Below, piece by piece: positions 1 through 14,546 of a stretch of 64,000 bases of DNA. The notes beneath the pieces were generated by a model. It did not search any database. It saw only the letters and a program-made list of their open reading frames with translations, and was not told the DNA's origin. The translations under genes were made by a program, and so were the position numbers. The stretch comes from the human T2T-CHM13v2.0 reference genome, Homo sapiens. The stretch's first letter is position 1, and each line of letters begins with the position of its first letter. The DNA lies in assembly GCF_009914755.1 (NCBI RefSeq), contig NC_060935.1; one strand, written 5' to 3'.

Positions 1-162
1 TGCTCCATTTTTGTGAGTGTTTTTCTGTATTCCAAAATAACTTCCAAAATATAATGTGTTGATTTTCAGAAATTCTCTATAAATATCCAAATAGCTCTGG
101 AAAGATATTATTATAAATCAATAAATGCTATTCTAATTCTGTTGGAATATATTAATAGGAAG

Positions 163-166
<4 letters not shown>

Positions 167-204
<38 letters not shown>

Positions 205-224
205 TATATATACACACATATGTA
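167..224. repeat. (TA)n/(CA)n compound microsatellite
   Basis: tatata...cacacacaca tatatata cacacatatgtata read directly. Confidence 0.95.
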
Positions 225-3200
225 TAATAGCATTTTGAATACTTCAATTGTATAAATTTGTAAAATTCATTCTTTGTGATCGGCATCATCACCAATAAAC
301 AAAATGGAGGTGAAATGAAATAATTGGATTAATAGGCCATGGCAATGGACAAGTCTTGGTTAAATGTGCTTTGGAGGAACTTCCTGAAATGGGGAAGAGG
401 ATCATCTGAAAATGAGATAGAGATCCACATCTGATTTGTAATTTTGAACCTAATAGTTTATTATTTATATTTGAGAGTATCCTAAATCTGCTATTAGCAG
501 CCAAAAATGAATACAAGAAAGTACAATCGTTATTTAAAAGAAGCAAGTTATAGTTGACAAAGATTAAAATGTTAAAAGTTGTTTGAAGTTTAGGCAACTG
601 ACAATAACAGAACAACTTATTAATAACAGTAATGAAGTTAAAAATTATAGAGCATTTGCTATAACCTAAGTATGTCCGTTTAAACTTCACCACTTTCTTA
701 GATTAGGAAGCTGACCTTCAGATAAGTAAAATTATATCGGAAAGGTCCTCTTAATTCACAGTGCCAAATCCAGATTTTCCCTGACTTCCCCAAATGCCAC
801 TTATAAGATAATTTAATTATTATTCATCCCCTGATGACTGCAGGAAAACCTCTGTGGGTAAGTAGAGATAAATGTGAAGAGCAGAAGCAAAGAAAAGAGC
901 TAGCAGTAGTGAATGTTGAACTTCATGTGCTAATTGGTGTGTGTCCATTTCTGATACAGCCACTTTGAGACAAGGGCTATATCATCCATGAATTGGATCT
1001 TAATGTCCATTGCTGTATTTTTACTTCTCTAGTTTTTAAGAAATTTAGGCTGTGGTTCACATTGTGTATTCGAAAGATAGAATACCTCGCTAACTAGACA
1101 AACAAAAGCTTTGTTCTAAAAATGTACTTTCCTTAAAGCAGAAGTAACCTGCAGAGAAGCAGGATGCCTGAAGAGAGATGGATCTCTGCTTACTGTGTCT
1201 TTAGAACAGAAATAGTGGTTTTCAACTTCACAACTCTGCATTGAGCCCTCCTTTCACATCTTCCCTGTATCATTGCAGAATTGATCTGAATAATTCTCAT
1301 TTTATCTTAGACAATTTTTTGTGTGGCTTGAAAAAATAAATTTGCAATAGAGGTGAAATGGAAAAAATTATCCTTCATTTCCTACTCCAAACTGAGGATA
1401 AACAATTATTCTTGGAAATTCCACCATAGAATTGAATTCATTGTACGTGTGAATTGCACCTTTTAAGCTTTTAAATGATGTGGCATTTTTATTTAGCAGC
1501 ATTCCAAAAGGGACCACGAAATAAATGAGCTCCCTGGTTTTGCAGCATTTTATAATTCCAATATGAAAGTTTTAGCATTATTACTAACTGAAGAATCAGA
1601 AAGGAAATTCATAGACTATCACTTCTGGGTTTTCAAGTATTTTTAATCCATGCAACTCTTCCTCCAAACTTTTTCTTCAACTTCTCATGAGAAAGTCAGC
1701 ATATAAAGTTCTTAAAAGCTGTGCTCCCCTGACCGAAATGGAGATGAGTACCATGGTGGGAGAATGCATCTTTCCCCCTCGAGAGTCCTCTAGCACCTGA
1801 GGTGGTCTCTGGAAGAACTCAGCAGAACTCCCAAGTGCCAAGGAACACATATTACAGAACAACGGACTGCAGAAATTCAGATAGATGAAAACTATAGATC
1901 ATTCTAGGTACTTTGTTCCCAGACTTATAATACTCCCAATAGCTTCTCTAATGTATGATCAAGTGGCTGTCTGCTGTAATATTTTCAGAGCTATAATGTT
2001 TATATCTAACCTCTTATATTTATGTCCAAATCAGCTGGTATATTTTGGCTTATTCTGAGCAGTAGCTGCTAGATCTATCTTATGGTACACATTAAGTCTA
2101 TTCCTTCTTCCACAGTTCTTCTTGACATTATGCTACTTAAAAAGTCATCCCTTATCAAAATCAAATTTCATTATTTTAGTTATATCACATCCAATATTTA
2201 ATTGTGTAAACCACTCTTTACTCTAGCTATTCGTCCTCAGAATTTCTTCTGTTATAAATGCTCTTTTTGAACAGACTTCCTAGAGTAGAAGAGAAAGCTC
2301 CAGATATGATCTGATGGGGGTAAAATATACTTGGACATTACTTTCCTTAGTATGGATACTATATCTCTATAGATGACATGCAATGTTGGATTATTTCTTT
2401 AAAAAACATGATCTAGGGACAAGACTTAACAGAGGAATTGTTAAAGACCACAGTTCAAATTAAAATCCCCAGTCCATGGTTGCTTATTAAAATACTTTTA
2501 AGCCTTAATTTTTATTATAATTTCTTTTACTCATTATGGTTCATTTTGGTATTTTTATACTGATTCTGCTATTAGTTTGCCACCTGCACCAGTGATAATA
2601 TGCCTTCTGTGTCACTGTGTAGCTTATTTAATTAAAATAATGAAGACTTCTGCTTCTCAACTCAGAATAAAAGGAAATAGATTTAACTCCCAGCATAAAA
2701 CTACTAAAAAAAAAAAAAAACAGACAAAATGTATGAAACAATGGCACTGAAGACACTGGGCATAAGGCAGCAGAGCATAATGAACCCTGAGGGAAGAAAA
2801 CGAAAGAGCTGAGTCCTATAATTACTTCTTGGTGAAAGTTTCCAGGTCATACAACAGAGGGGTGCAGGGACAAAGTTTCCATGGTTTAAGGATCTGTGTG
2901 CCTAGAAAAGCCCAAGCAGCTAGAATTCATAGTGCGAAGTCCCAAAAAGGAGAGAGCTACAGAAAAAGAGAATTATGAACATCTTCAGAGAGTCCCCCTT
3001 GATTATTCAGTTGAGTAACATTCAGTGCATACATGAGAAAATCACTCAAGGTAGAGAAGAAACCACTTGAAAAGGATCACAAGGGATGGTACTCAGTGCT
3101 CACACAGGGCCAGGAATATGCATATTCTGAAAGGCCAGAGTAGAATACCTCAAAATTCATAGTGTATTAGTTAAAAGTCAAGGAAGGATTTTTCCTTAGT

Positions 3201-3470
3201 ATTTATGAGAAATTAGCCCTTAAGTAAGCACAGGACTTATCCTGTCTAATAAAAGTCAATAGCAAGACCTAAGAGGATCAAATGGTTTCCAACTAATTTA
3301 CAATGTCCCAGGTAAAATCTCAAGAATGTTTATAGAAATACAAAGATATCTAGCATCCAATAAGACCAAATTCACCACGCCTGGCATCTAATCAAAAAGT
3401 ACAAAGAAGCAGGAAAATGCAATCTAAATGAGAAAAAACAATCAATTGACATGGACTCAGAAATGGTTAA

Positions 3471-3761
3471 TTTTTTTTTTTTTTGAGACAGAGTCTAGCT
3501 CTGTCGCCAGGCTGGAGTTCAGTGGCGGGATCTTGGCTCACTGCAACCTCCACTCCCAGGTTCAAGCAATTCTCCTGCCTTGGCCTCCCAAGTAGCTGAG
3601 ACTACAGGCACGTACCACTATACCCAACTAATTTTTGTATTTTTAGTAGAGACGGGGTTTCACCTTGTTGGCCAGGATGGTCTTGATCTCCTGACCTTGT
3701 GATCCACCCACCGCTGCCTCCCAAAGTGCTGGGATTACAGGTGTGAGCCACCGTGCCCGGC
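3471..3761 (-). mobile_element. Alu, AluSc-like
   Basis: poly-T then full dimer; ctgtcgccaggctgg and ctcctgaccttgtgatcc diagnostics. Confidence 0.93.
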
Positions 3762-4036
3762 TTAAAAATTTTTATGACTATATTCCATATGTTCTAGAAG
3801 CCAGATGAATGATTGAACTTTAAGTAAAGGCATGGAAGATATAAACATAACCCAACTCAACTATCTAGAATTGGAAATTTAAATGCCTAAGATGAAAGAA
3901 CATTTCATAGTGTTAGCATGAGCTTAGACATTACAAGAGACTACTTAACAATTATAAATAGTAAAACTGAAACACAAAGGATAAAATATTTAAGGAAGAA
4001 GGGTCAGAAAAATGATTTGAAAAAACTAATGCCTGA

Positions 4037-5365
4037 CAGCACACTACTTGACTTCAAAATATACAACAAAGCTATAGTTATCAAAACAGAATGTTTATGG
4101 TATACCAACAGACACATAGAACAATGGAACAGAATAGAGCACCCCTCAAAAAAAATTCAACATATTTACATCATTTGACTTTTGACAAAATTGCAATGAA
4201 CACACAATGGGGAAAAGGAGAGTCTCTTCAATAAATGGTGTTGGGAAAGCTGGATATCCACATGCAGAAGAATAAAATGCTACCCTTATGTTATATACAA
4301 GTCAACTCAAAATAAAGTCTTCAACACTGGACCTGAAACAATAAAACTACTAGAAGAAAACATAGGAGGAATGTTCCATCAAATTGGTCTGTGCAATGGC
4401 TTTTTGAATGTCACCCCAAAAGCAAAGGCAACAAAAGTAAGAATAAACAAATGGGATTGCATCAAACTAAAAAGCTTCCTCACAGACAAGGAAATAGTCA
4501 ACAGAAAGAAGAGACAATCTATGGAATGGGAGATAATATTTTCAAATTGTACATCTGATAAGGGATTAGTATCAAAAAAACATAAGAAACTCAACCCAAT
4601 AGCAAGAAAACAAATAACCCAATTTAAAAAGTGGGCAAAGGACCCAAATTGGCATTTCTAAATAAGGCATAAAAATAACCAACTGTTATATGAAAAGATG
4701 CTTGACATCATTAATCATCAGGGGTATGCAAATTAAAACCAAAATGAGCTATCATCTGACACCTGTTATTAACAGAATCATTATCATCAAACAGGTGAAA
4801 AATAAAGAATGTGGAGAAAAGGGAATCCTTGTACACTGTTGGTGGGAATGTAAATTAGTACAGCCACTATGAAAAACATTATGAAGATTCTTTAAAGATT
4901 CAAAAATAGAATTACCACATGGTTCCACAATCCCACTGCTATGTATATATTCAAAGGAAATAAAATCATTATCTTGAGAAGAGATACCTGCACTTTCATG
5001 TTCATTGGTGCATTATTCACAATAGCCAATGGATGGAATCAACCTATGTGTCTATCAACAGATGAATGGATAAAGAAAATGTGATATATATGCACAATGG
5101 AATAATATTCAGCCTTAAAATAGGAGAGTTTGTCATTTGCTATGCCATAGATAAAACTGGAGAATATTGTTAAGTGAGATACGCCAGACAAAGAAAATAT
5201 CTACCATATGATCTCATTTATTTGTAGAATCTAAAAAGTTGAACTCATATAAGTAAAGAGTACAATGTTAGTTACTAGGAACTGGAAAGAAGTTGTGGAT
5301 GGGGAGATTTTGATCAAACAATACAAAATTTCAAGATATCTATTGCACAACATGGTGACTATAGA
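4037..5365 (+). mobile_element. L1MA-type fragment (ORF2 3' part plus partial 3'UTR) nested in the older L1
   Basis: ORFs 3918/4371/4690 translate to ORF2p C-terminal motifs ([22 protein letters not shown]); L1MA-type 3'UTR gaatctaaaaagttgaactcat...gcacaacatggtgactatag. Confidence 0.88.
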
Positions 5366-6159
5366 AATATAAATAGATCTGAAAAATTAACAAATATTTA
5401 GAAAGTAAGTACCACACTAGGAATAACACTGTCAAATAGCAATCAAAGAGGAAATTTTAAAGTATTTTGAACTGAATGAAAATAAAACTATAATATATCA
5501 TTATTTGTGAAATATTGCTAAAGCAGAAGTTAAAGGAAAATTTATAATTAAATGCCTATAATATTTTAGAAAAAAAATGGTGTTAATAATCTCAGATTCT
5601 GACCATAGAAGCTAAAAAAAGAAGAGTAAAGAAAACAGAAGAAATGAACAATAAATATCAGAGTTGAAATCAATTAAATAGAAAATTAAAACTATAGTAA
5701 AGAAAACTAATAAAACTAAAACTAGTTATTTGAAACAATTACTAAAGGTCTAACCTCCCTGATCAGGGAAAAAAATGTAAATTTTCACTATAATGAAAGA
5801 TAGTCCATCATTACATATTCTACAGATTTTTAAAAAAACATTAATTAGAACATGTTATTAACAACTTTTGTCAATAAATTAAAAAATTTGGAAGAAATAG
5901 ATATGTTTCTTGAAAGACACAAACTATCAACATTCAATCTAGAAGAATTAAATTGAACAGCCCTTCCTCTGTTAATAAAATTGCGTTTATAATTAAATAC
6001 ATTCCCACAAAGAAAATCTCAGGCCCAGATGATTTCACTAGTAAATTCTACCAAAATGTTTTTTCTGAATTTTCACTTTTATTTTTATTGCATTATTACA
6101 ATACAGTAATTTTATTATTGGTCTTAACATGATTCAAGTTGGACTTCAAAGTTCAATGA

Positions 6160-6518
6160 TTATTTATTTAATATATTTGTATTCATTGAGCATTTAGCAA
6201 GTGACAAGTGCTGTCCTAGATAGTGAAGACACAGTAGTAACAAAAACAGACATTGTTCAACCCCCATGGAGTTTACAATCTGGCAGAAAATATGGAAAGA
6301 CTACAGGGTGGTACAGGTTGTTGACTGAGGAGGGTAAATACAGAGAGGATCAGGAACGGTTTCTCTCAGAAACTCTTGCTTTAAACTAACACCTGAATAT
6401 TAATAAATTTTAGCAGCAAAGGAGGGAGAAGATCAAGTTACAAGGGAAGCACAGGAATGAATGAAGCACATTTGAGGAACTATAATAATTAAGACATGGC
6501 TTGAATGGAAATTGGGAG
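6160..6518 (-). mobile_element. L2 3' fragment, part of a TSD-flanked insert in L1 ORF2
   Basis: attgagcatttagcaagtgacaagtgctgtcctagatagtgaagacacagtagtaacaaaaacagac is the typical antisense L2 3' end. Confidence 0.75.
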
Positions 6519-7390
6519 TCTATCAGATATTTAAGTAAGAAATAATAACAATTCTATACAACTTCCCAAAATTGCAGAGGTGTAAATTTTCCCCAATTAA
6601 TTCAATGTGGCAAGCATTATTGTGATTAAAAAATCAGACAAAAACATTAAAAAATGATATGTAGGCCTATATTCATCATGAATATACATACAAAATTTTT
6701 AGTGCAGCTTTAGCCCATCAAATCCAAAAATATAAAAAGAATAATACATCACAACCAGTGTGATTTGCCCTCAAAGTTCAAGGTTGGTTTAATATTAATA
6801 AAATTTAATATTCAAAATGCATTTAATTCATTGTATTAACAGACTAAAAAATAAAAAGAATAAAGAAAAATCTATGGCCAATATAATAGATTCAAATAAA
6901 GTATTTGACGATTTTTGATATTTACCATTTATTTATGGTAAAATGTTTCAAAATCTTTCAAAAAACTTGAGAACGTTTGTGACAAACCTAAGCTAAAATT
7001 GTATTTAATGATGTAAGACTACATGCTTTCCCTGTATAATTATGAATGATGCCCATTTTACTAAGTCTATTCAGTGTTGTACTTGAAGTTCTAACCAGTG
7101 CAGTATGATAAGAAGAAAATAATAAAAATGTATCCAGATTGAAAAGGATGATATAAAATTATTTTTATTTATAGATGAGTTGATTGTCTACATAGAAAAC
7201 CCCATGGAATCTACAGAAAGAGCTATTGTAACTAACTAGTGAGGTTAGCAACATTGCAAGATACAAAGTCCGTACACATAAACCAGTTGTATACCTAATA
7301 ATAGCAACTTTAAAAAATCTTATTTACAATAATATTAAAATATAAAATTTTCACACCTATATCTGAGAAAAGACTTGCAAGACCTAAAAA

Positions 7391-7710
7391 CAGGTTAAAC
7401 ATTCCTCATTCAAGAATCTGAAATCCAAAATGTTCCAAAATCTGAAATTTTTGACACATAGAAGTGGAAAATTCTACACCTAAAGCTTGCTTTCTGATGG
7501 TTGACTGTACACACACTTTGTTTCATGCACAAATTTTACCTTTGGGCTACGTATATGCAGAGTATATAAAACATAAATATATTTTATGTTTATACTTGGG
7601 TCTCATTCTCGAGATTTCTAATTATGTAAATGCAAATATTCCAAAATAAAAAAAAGAAAACTCAAAACACTTCTGCCTCCAAGTACTTTGGATAAGGGAT
7701 ACTCAACCTG
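7391..7710 (-). mobile_element. Tigger4b/MER46-type MITE (TcMar-Tigger)
   Basis: TIRs caggttaaacattcc ... ggataagggatactcaacctg. Confidence 0.85.
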
Positions 7711-8015
7711 TGCTGAATAGATATTGTGTTTATGGATTGGAAAATTTAATATTGTTAACATTTCCATTCAATCTAATTGATTTATGGAAACAATGCAATT
7801 TTAGGTAAAATTTCAGCAGAATTTTTATAGAAATTAAAAAGTTGATTCATATGGAAATTTGAAACAACTTTGGAAAAGAACAAAATTGGAAGACTCACAC
7901 TCCTGGTTTCTAGACTTACTTTAAAGCTACTATAATCAAGACAATATGGTGTTGGCATCAAAATAGACAACAGATCTATGAAAAAGAATAGAGACCAGAA
8001 ATAGGTTAACACATA

Positions 8016-8409
8016 TGTTATGGACAGAATGTTTTTCCACTCCCCCCGACCCATATGTTTAAGCCCTAACCTCAAGTGTGGCTATATGAAAAGATATTCT
8101 ATAAAGAGATAATTAAGGTTAAATTATTCATAAGCGTGGGGCCTTTGTCAGATAGGATTAGTGTCCTTATAAGAGACACCAGAAGATTTGTTCTCTCACT
8201 CTTCATGGCAAGAATCTATAAAAGACCATGGGAGGATATAGCAAGAAGGTGGCCATCTGCAAGTCTGGAAGAGAGCCCTCACTAAAAACCAAATCAGTTG
8301 GAACCTTGATCTTGGACTTCTAGCCTCCAGAATTATGAGAAATAAATGTCTGTTGTTTAAGCAACCAAGTCTAAGGTATTTTGTACTGCAGCCCTTGCTG
8401 ACGAAAACA
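8016..8409 (+). mobile_element. MLT1A-family solo LTR (ERVL-MaLR)
   Basis: tgttatggacagaatg...accttgatcttggacttctagcctccagaattatgagaaataaatg...aca. Confidence 0.88.
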
Positions 8410-11400
8410 ACTATGTTGTTAGTCAATTAGTCAATTATTTTTGATTAAGATGTAAAGGAAATTTTGTGAAGAAAGGGTAATCTAATTAACAAATAGTGCA
8501 GAAGCAATCACATGTCCATATGCAAAGAGAACCCTCAATATATGCCTAACCCTATATCCAAAAATTACCTCAAAATGGATTATAGACCTAAATGTGAAAT
8601 CTAAAGCTTCTAGAAACTTCTAAAAGAAAACATGAGAGAAAATATTTGTTACTCTGGATTGGGGAAATATTGTGTAAATACAACATAAGTGTATAATCCA
8701 TAAATTTAAAAATTGATAAATTGAACTTTAAAAAAAGCTCCTTTTCTTCCAAAGGACACTGTCAAGAGAATGAAAATACAAGCCATAGATTGAGAAAAAA
8801 TATTTGCAAATTATATATCTGATAAAGGACTTGTAGCCAGAATATATACAGTATCCTCAAATTTCAGTAAGAAAAAAATTAATATACAGTGGGAAAAACA
8901 CATGGATAGACAGAAGATGTATAGATGGTACATGAACAAATGAAAAGATGATCACTCAACATCTTTAGTCATTAGAAAGTACAAAGTTTTTACTTGTAAA
9001 AACAAGTAAACAATGATATACCACTACATACTTACTAGAATGGCTAAAATTATTAATAAATATCAGCGATACCAAGTGCTGGTGGGAAAATAAAATGGAT
9101 ACCACAACTTTGGAAAACTGTTCAGCAATTTCTTAAAAGTGTTAAACATGCAACTACTCTATGACCCAGTTATTCTACTCCTAGGTATTTACTCAAGAGA
9201 AATGAAAGTATATAAGTCTGTAGAAAGACATGTATTTACTGTAAATTTTTATAATAACTTTATTTGGATAGCCCCAAACCAATGACAATCCAAATATTCA
9301 TCGACAGATGAACAAATTTAAAAACTGCCCTATACTTATACAATTGAATTCCACTCATCAATAAAAAATGAATAAACTGCTCGCACAAAACTATAGGTAT
9401 GACTCTCAAAATAGTTATACTGAGTGACAAATGCCAGACCAAAAATTGAACATACTGTTTGATCCCATATATAATAAATAAATATAAACATATACTACAA
9501 TAAATATATAGCATAATATAAAATTCTGTATACATGGAATATATAATTACATTAAATGTAAATTAATCTCTACCATTAGAAAGCATATTCATGTTGCCTA
9601 GTAAAAAGAAACTGGATAGAGTGGGAAGGATTGTAAAGTAGCATTAGGAAACTTTTAGGGAAGATGGATATGTCTGTTATCATGATTGTGATGATGGTTT
9701 CATGGGGACTTATATTGGTCAAAATTGCCAAATTGTATACTTTACATATTTTCAGTTTGTTGTATTTAGATTATACTGCAATAAAGCTATTTTTAAAAAC
9801 CATAATGATAATAGGTTGTTATTTCATACCACTAGGAACATCTCTTTAGTGGTGAGTGAATGAACACCTTTCATTAATTCATTCCCTACATTAGATTATG
9901 TTGCCTGTGAGTTTCTATTTCTACAACAGTGCTGTGCACCCATGTGAGATTTCTGTGACATGTATTTCCAGATGGTTGAGCATTGGTCCAAGTTGTTTCT
10001 CTGTCAGTATACAAACAAGAAAAGATTAGGATGATTCAAGTTTTATTTACACAGATACTGATTGCTGGGGTATGGTTGGGATGTAAAGAAACCAGAAGGG
10101 ATTGTCCAAGATCCCTGGGAAAAATAAACAGCAATAAAATTGTTACACCCCTCAACTCAAGAAAAAGGTTTTTAGGACATTTAGGGAAAGTGTAACATTC
10201 AGACTTCTCTTGGGAGATGTGACGTTTGGTGGTGGCTATGATACATATGATACATCACCACCGTGTGACCATCCTACGGGGTGGGAAACCAAATATTCGA
10301 TTTTTCTTCTTTCTCCAGTCTCTTGCCTGGACTCTCAATGGCTCAGCTCAGCTAGAAACCAGAATGTGTAAGAACTCTGTTGATGTAACTCATAGAGGTC
10401 AAGCTCCCAGGCAGCAGAGGATAAGTTGAAGAAAGGTGAGGCTCACAGTGAATCTAGAGGGGCATGTGGAGGACATGTGGCATAGGGTGAAATTAATGTT
10501 GTTTCTAGAATGCTTGTAGAAGTTGGTTCTCCTAACGGTGGTACGTGAGAGTTTCCCCTCCTCTCTATCTTCATGAGAAACTTGATGGAACACGTTGCTC
10601 AATTTTAGGTATTCTTTTTCTTGATAAGCTCTCGGTTACCACAAGAAAAGTTGGTAGAAACAAACAAACAAAAAAGGCTAGTTTGCATGAATTACATTTA
10701 GTGAATTCATCCTGGATCCTATTACCTCGGGTCACTACTTTTAGAGCTGTTTAGACAAGGATCAATGTCAAATTCACTGATAAAAAATTTGACCCATCTC
10801 TACTCTTGGCGTTCTATGTCATTTTTGGTGATACTTCAAAGATTATTAAAATGGTTCTATAATCAGCTGCAGATGTTTTCAGTGCTCTGGCAAAGGGTGA
10901 CAGGAAGAAATGAGGAGAATCTTAGGGGCAAGATTAGCAAGTTTCTTTATCATACATGGCACTGGTTTCCTAATTTGTAGGGTTTGGGACTGGATAATCT
11001 CTCGATTCCTTTCTAAATTAAGATCCTATATTTTGGTTAAAAAGAATGCTCATCTACTCTGGTGATAACAATAATTTCAGATGCCACTATTTGCATATTT
11101 AAAGCCCTTGAAGACAAAAAGATCATGTGGGTATACTGGGTGGAATCAGCCACAGGGATGTGTTTCTTATGACTAGTCACTTTTGCTGAACTCCCTTTGT
11201 TGACCCAGTGATCAGACAGCAACTATCATCTTGCTGACATTTTCAGTCTGTTTGTTGAGATTGAGAATTGATCTTAATTATCAATCTTGAGATTGAGCTA
11301 CCCGTCTCTCTTATTTGTTAAATCTCCCTTGTCTGATAATAGCTTTGGCACAATAGACATTTTATTCCATTTATGTTGCTAGCATCAGTGTAAAAGTAAT

Positions 11401-12531
11401 TCTTTTCAGTACATCTATCCTCACGCATGTCCATTAACTCTGATAGTATTTATTTGTATGCAAAGCACATGTTCAAATGCATATGTATAAGCACATCTGT
11501 TATAACTGTCCCCTTTTTGATTGCCCTGTGCATAAAATCCAGCCTCCTCTATCCCTTATCACAAGCTCCTTATGGTCAGAGAAATCTGGAAATCCAGTAG
11601 TTCTTAATAGACCACCTTGCATACAGTGTTCACTCAAAGAGCATTTGCTGATCCTTAGTTGATAATCCAACAGGAAAATAGAGGCTAGGCTCAATACACC
11701 ACTTAGCCACTGCTTTGAATTTGCCAACACATGCAGCCTCTGCAAGAGCAGTTAATAAGTGATGGGACTGAATTAGGTGTCCTTCCATGATGGAAATTTT
11801 AATGAGGTGGGTAATGAACCAAAGGTAGAAAGAATCAGGCAAAGGAAGAAACTAGAGATGCATGAATAGTTTGGAAAACATATAACCCACCAGAGTGATA
11901 GTGCCTGGACTAAATCAATGAGTTCTTAGGATATTTCTAAACAATGAATATTTTTAATGGAGTCATCGTTGGTCTTTTCAAAAGAATAAACCCAGAGAAA
12001 TAAGCAAGTAGTTTAGAAAAGTCTTTATTTAGTTTTTCTTCCCTCTCAGTAACTAATTTTTCTTGAATATTTGAATGTGATATTTTCTAAATGTTAGAAC
12101 TTCAGAGCCTACTAGAGAAAACTGGAACTAAACATTTTCAAGGGTATTCTTTTTCCTACATTTTAGTCCACCTGCCATTCATCTTGACTGTTAACACAAA
12201 TAGCAACTGTGTCAAATTGGCGAATATACTCCTGAGGTTGCGTTGCAATAATTAAATTGTGAGGGTGACTAAAAGATAGAAGGAAGAAATACAGTGTCAG
12301 CCTATTTCTGGGATTTTTTTTTTTTTCTATTAGCAGCCTTTATTTGCCTGCTGCTCTTTTCAAACTGTTATTTTATGTATTTCAGCTGGAAAATTCCAAC
12401 AATTTTTTTTCTAGGAATCACGAAAATTGTATAGTATTTGTAAGGGTCTCTAAGGGCATTTGAAATTAAACAGTTGATCTTGGGGACTAAGGAGAAAATT
12501 CAAACGTAATTTCAACTTAATTTAGCATTTA

Positions 12532-12670
12532 GGCAATGTGGTATGATAGATCTCAGGCTTTTAACTGGCTTTGATTTAAACCTAGTTCTGCTACTTATAC
12601 ATTATACATCCTCAAGCAAGTAACTAACGACCCTCTAAGACTCAGTGTACTCATCTGTAAATGGCGTTTA
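12532..12670 (+). mobile_element. MIR fragment
   Basis: core caagcaagtaactaac...ctcagtgtactcatctgtaaatgg. Confidence 0.7.
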
Positions 12671-13675
12671 ATTTCTCTTAGCTTTAATATATATTTGAGA
12701 GATTAAATTTATTTCAAAGATAAAAATTTTCTAGGTAACAAACCTGGGATATCTTTTTGAAAACCCATAAACTAGGGAGTAGAAACAGTAGAAATAAAAA
12801 GGATTCAGAAAGGATATTTTGATGCCTAATTAGAAAGACAATATGGGTATTTCTTTTCTAATTAAAATAATTATAATTTTAAAAACACCTTACAGAAGGT
12901 AGATAAAACAGTAATGGAAGACATCAATCAGCTATATATTTACTAGAGATACTCTGTCCAAAGTAGTTTCTATTATTTTTTGCCTTGCTTCATCGACAAG
13001 TTTTGCTTTCTGAAGTTTGTGAGAGAAATACAGAAATGTGTCTGGTTTACTGGTTAGTGAAATGGAAATGAGGGCAATATTTGGGGGAAAGTGTAGTCCT
13101 TAATAGCCAAGAAAATGAAAACTAGCTCAGATATTTATTGTAAATGCTTATTGTAAAATAACTTTTTCAGGAGAAATTTTTTAATGCAGATACCCTAATC
13201 CCATTGCCAGAGAATCAATGGGGATGGATAGTCCAATAATCTGAATGAAAGGTTTCCCACGTCAATCTTATGTTAGCTAGAATTTGGAGCAGATGTCCTG
13301 GACAACAGAGTAACAAGTATTATAAGGTTCATAGAAAACTATAAACCTGTAAGGGGAAGATAGATCTAGAGAAATTGGAGATTCTCAAATTGGATTCTGA
13401 TGAGGAAGAAAAGTGGGAGATCTATAAAGAAACATCTGAGGCACTCACGTTTTTTAAAGACTTGTAGATAAGGTGGAAGGACAGATATGTTAACCAAGAA
13501 CATAGTGACACAATTTTGAGGACGTCAAAAGTCTACATGAACTAAAAGTCCAGTGCTTGGGACAAATAGAGTAATGTTAAAGATCACAATAACCAAACAG
13601 CATCCTCAGCTCCTTTTTTTTCCCCCTTTCTGTTTCCTGTAACTGACAACAATCTTTTTAATTAGGATAAAGCAG

Positions 13676-14046
13676 GTTGTTAGTTAAATATTGCTGCATA
13701 ACAAACAACCTCAAAATCTCAGTGGCATACGGCAATAAGCATCTGTTTCTCTCTTATATGTTGGCAGGTGGATCCTCCTCCTGGGACCAGCAACCAAGCC
13801 ATAACATGTTCTCAGGAGAACAGCAGATGTATAGGAAAGAATGCCCAGTCGTATAAATCAATGCCAATGCTCTGTTTGTACCATTTCTGCTTACATTCCA
13901 TTGGCCAAAACAGCCACATGGCTGAGCCCAAAATCAAAAGACCCTTTTTAGGAGGAGCAACATTTCTGTCATTGCAAAGTTGAAGGACAAAAAGAATAGA
14001 TATAAGGAAGAGCAAATAATTAGGGTCAATAATTTAATCTATCACA
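13676..14046 (-). mobile_element. MLT1H/I-like LTR
   Basis: attgctgcataacaaacaacctcaaaatctcagtggc...cattccattggccaaaacagccacatggc. Confidence 0.75.
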
Positions 14047-14546
14047 AACATTGATGAAATCATAATATAATACCTATTTTTATTTTGTTGTCATAAAATT
14101 GAATGCCAAAGTATTAAAAAATTTATTTTCTAGCTGAGGAAGCTGATCGAAAATATGAAACCTGTGTTCTGAGTTTAAACTCTGTTGTCTCTCCAATGGA
14201 AATATACTGCCTCAAAATATCTGAGGTATAATTACATTGCTAAATAAATATATTCAAATTTTTTAAATCCTTCAAAATATATTCATTTATTTGTTCAATA
14301 TTTACTGAGCTTCTGCTATGTACAGGTACAGGGTTCAATCTAAGGACTTACTAGCAAAAAATTCTGGTTCTTGATTTTAAAAGCATACAGACTAGTAGCA
14401 TTGACTTAAAATGGAAAGTTACCTAAAAATTTCCAAATACCTTGTTAATTTTGTAAAAAAAATTTCCACTTAAAAAAGGCCTAATATAGACACAGTAAAT
14501 GAATACTTAAGAAGGTGATGGTTTCTGAGTCAGTAGTAATGAGGGG

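Larger units (their letters stand above)
2645..9799 (+). mobile_element. Ancient L1 (L1MD/L1ME-type), 5'UTR to 3'UTR, internally deleted, with several nested insertions
   Basis: 5' end gacttctgcttc...cagacaaaatgtatgaaacaat; ORF1-like 3780-4036; ORF2-like 5370-9300 (e.g. aggcccagatgatttcactagtaaattctacc); 3' end ...gattatactgcaataaagctattttt. Confidence 0.8.

Noticed and set aside
289-693. 134-aa minus-strand ORF
   Set aside because: F/L/I/N-rich composition typical of AT-rich non-coding DNA, with no recognisable homology or exon context.
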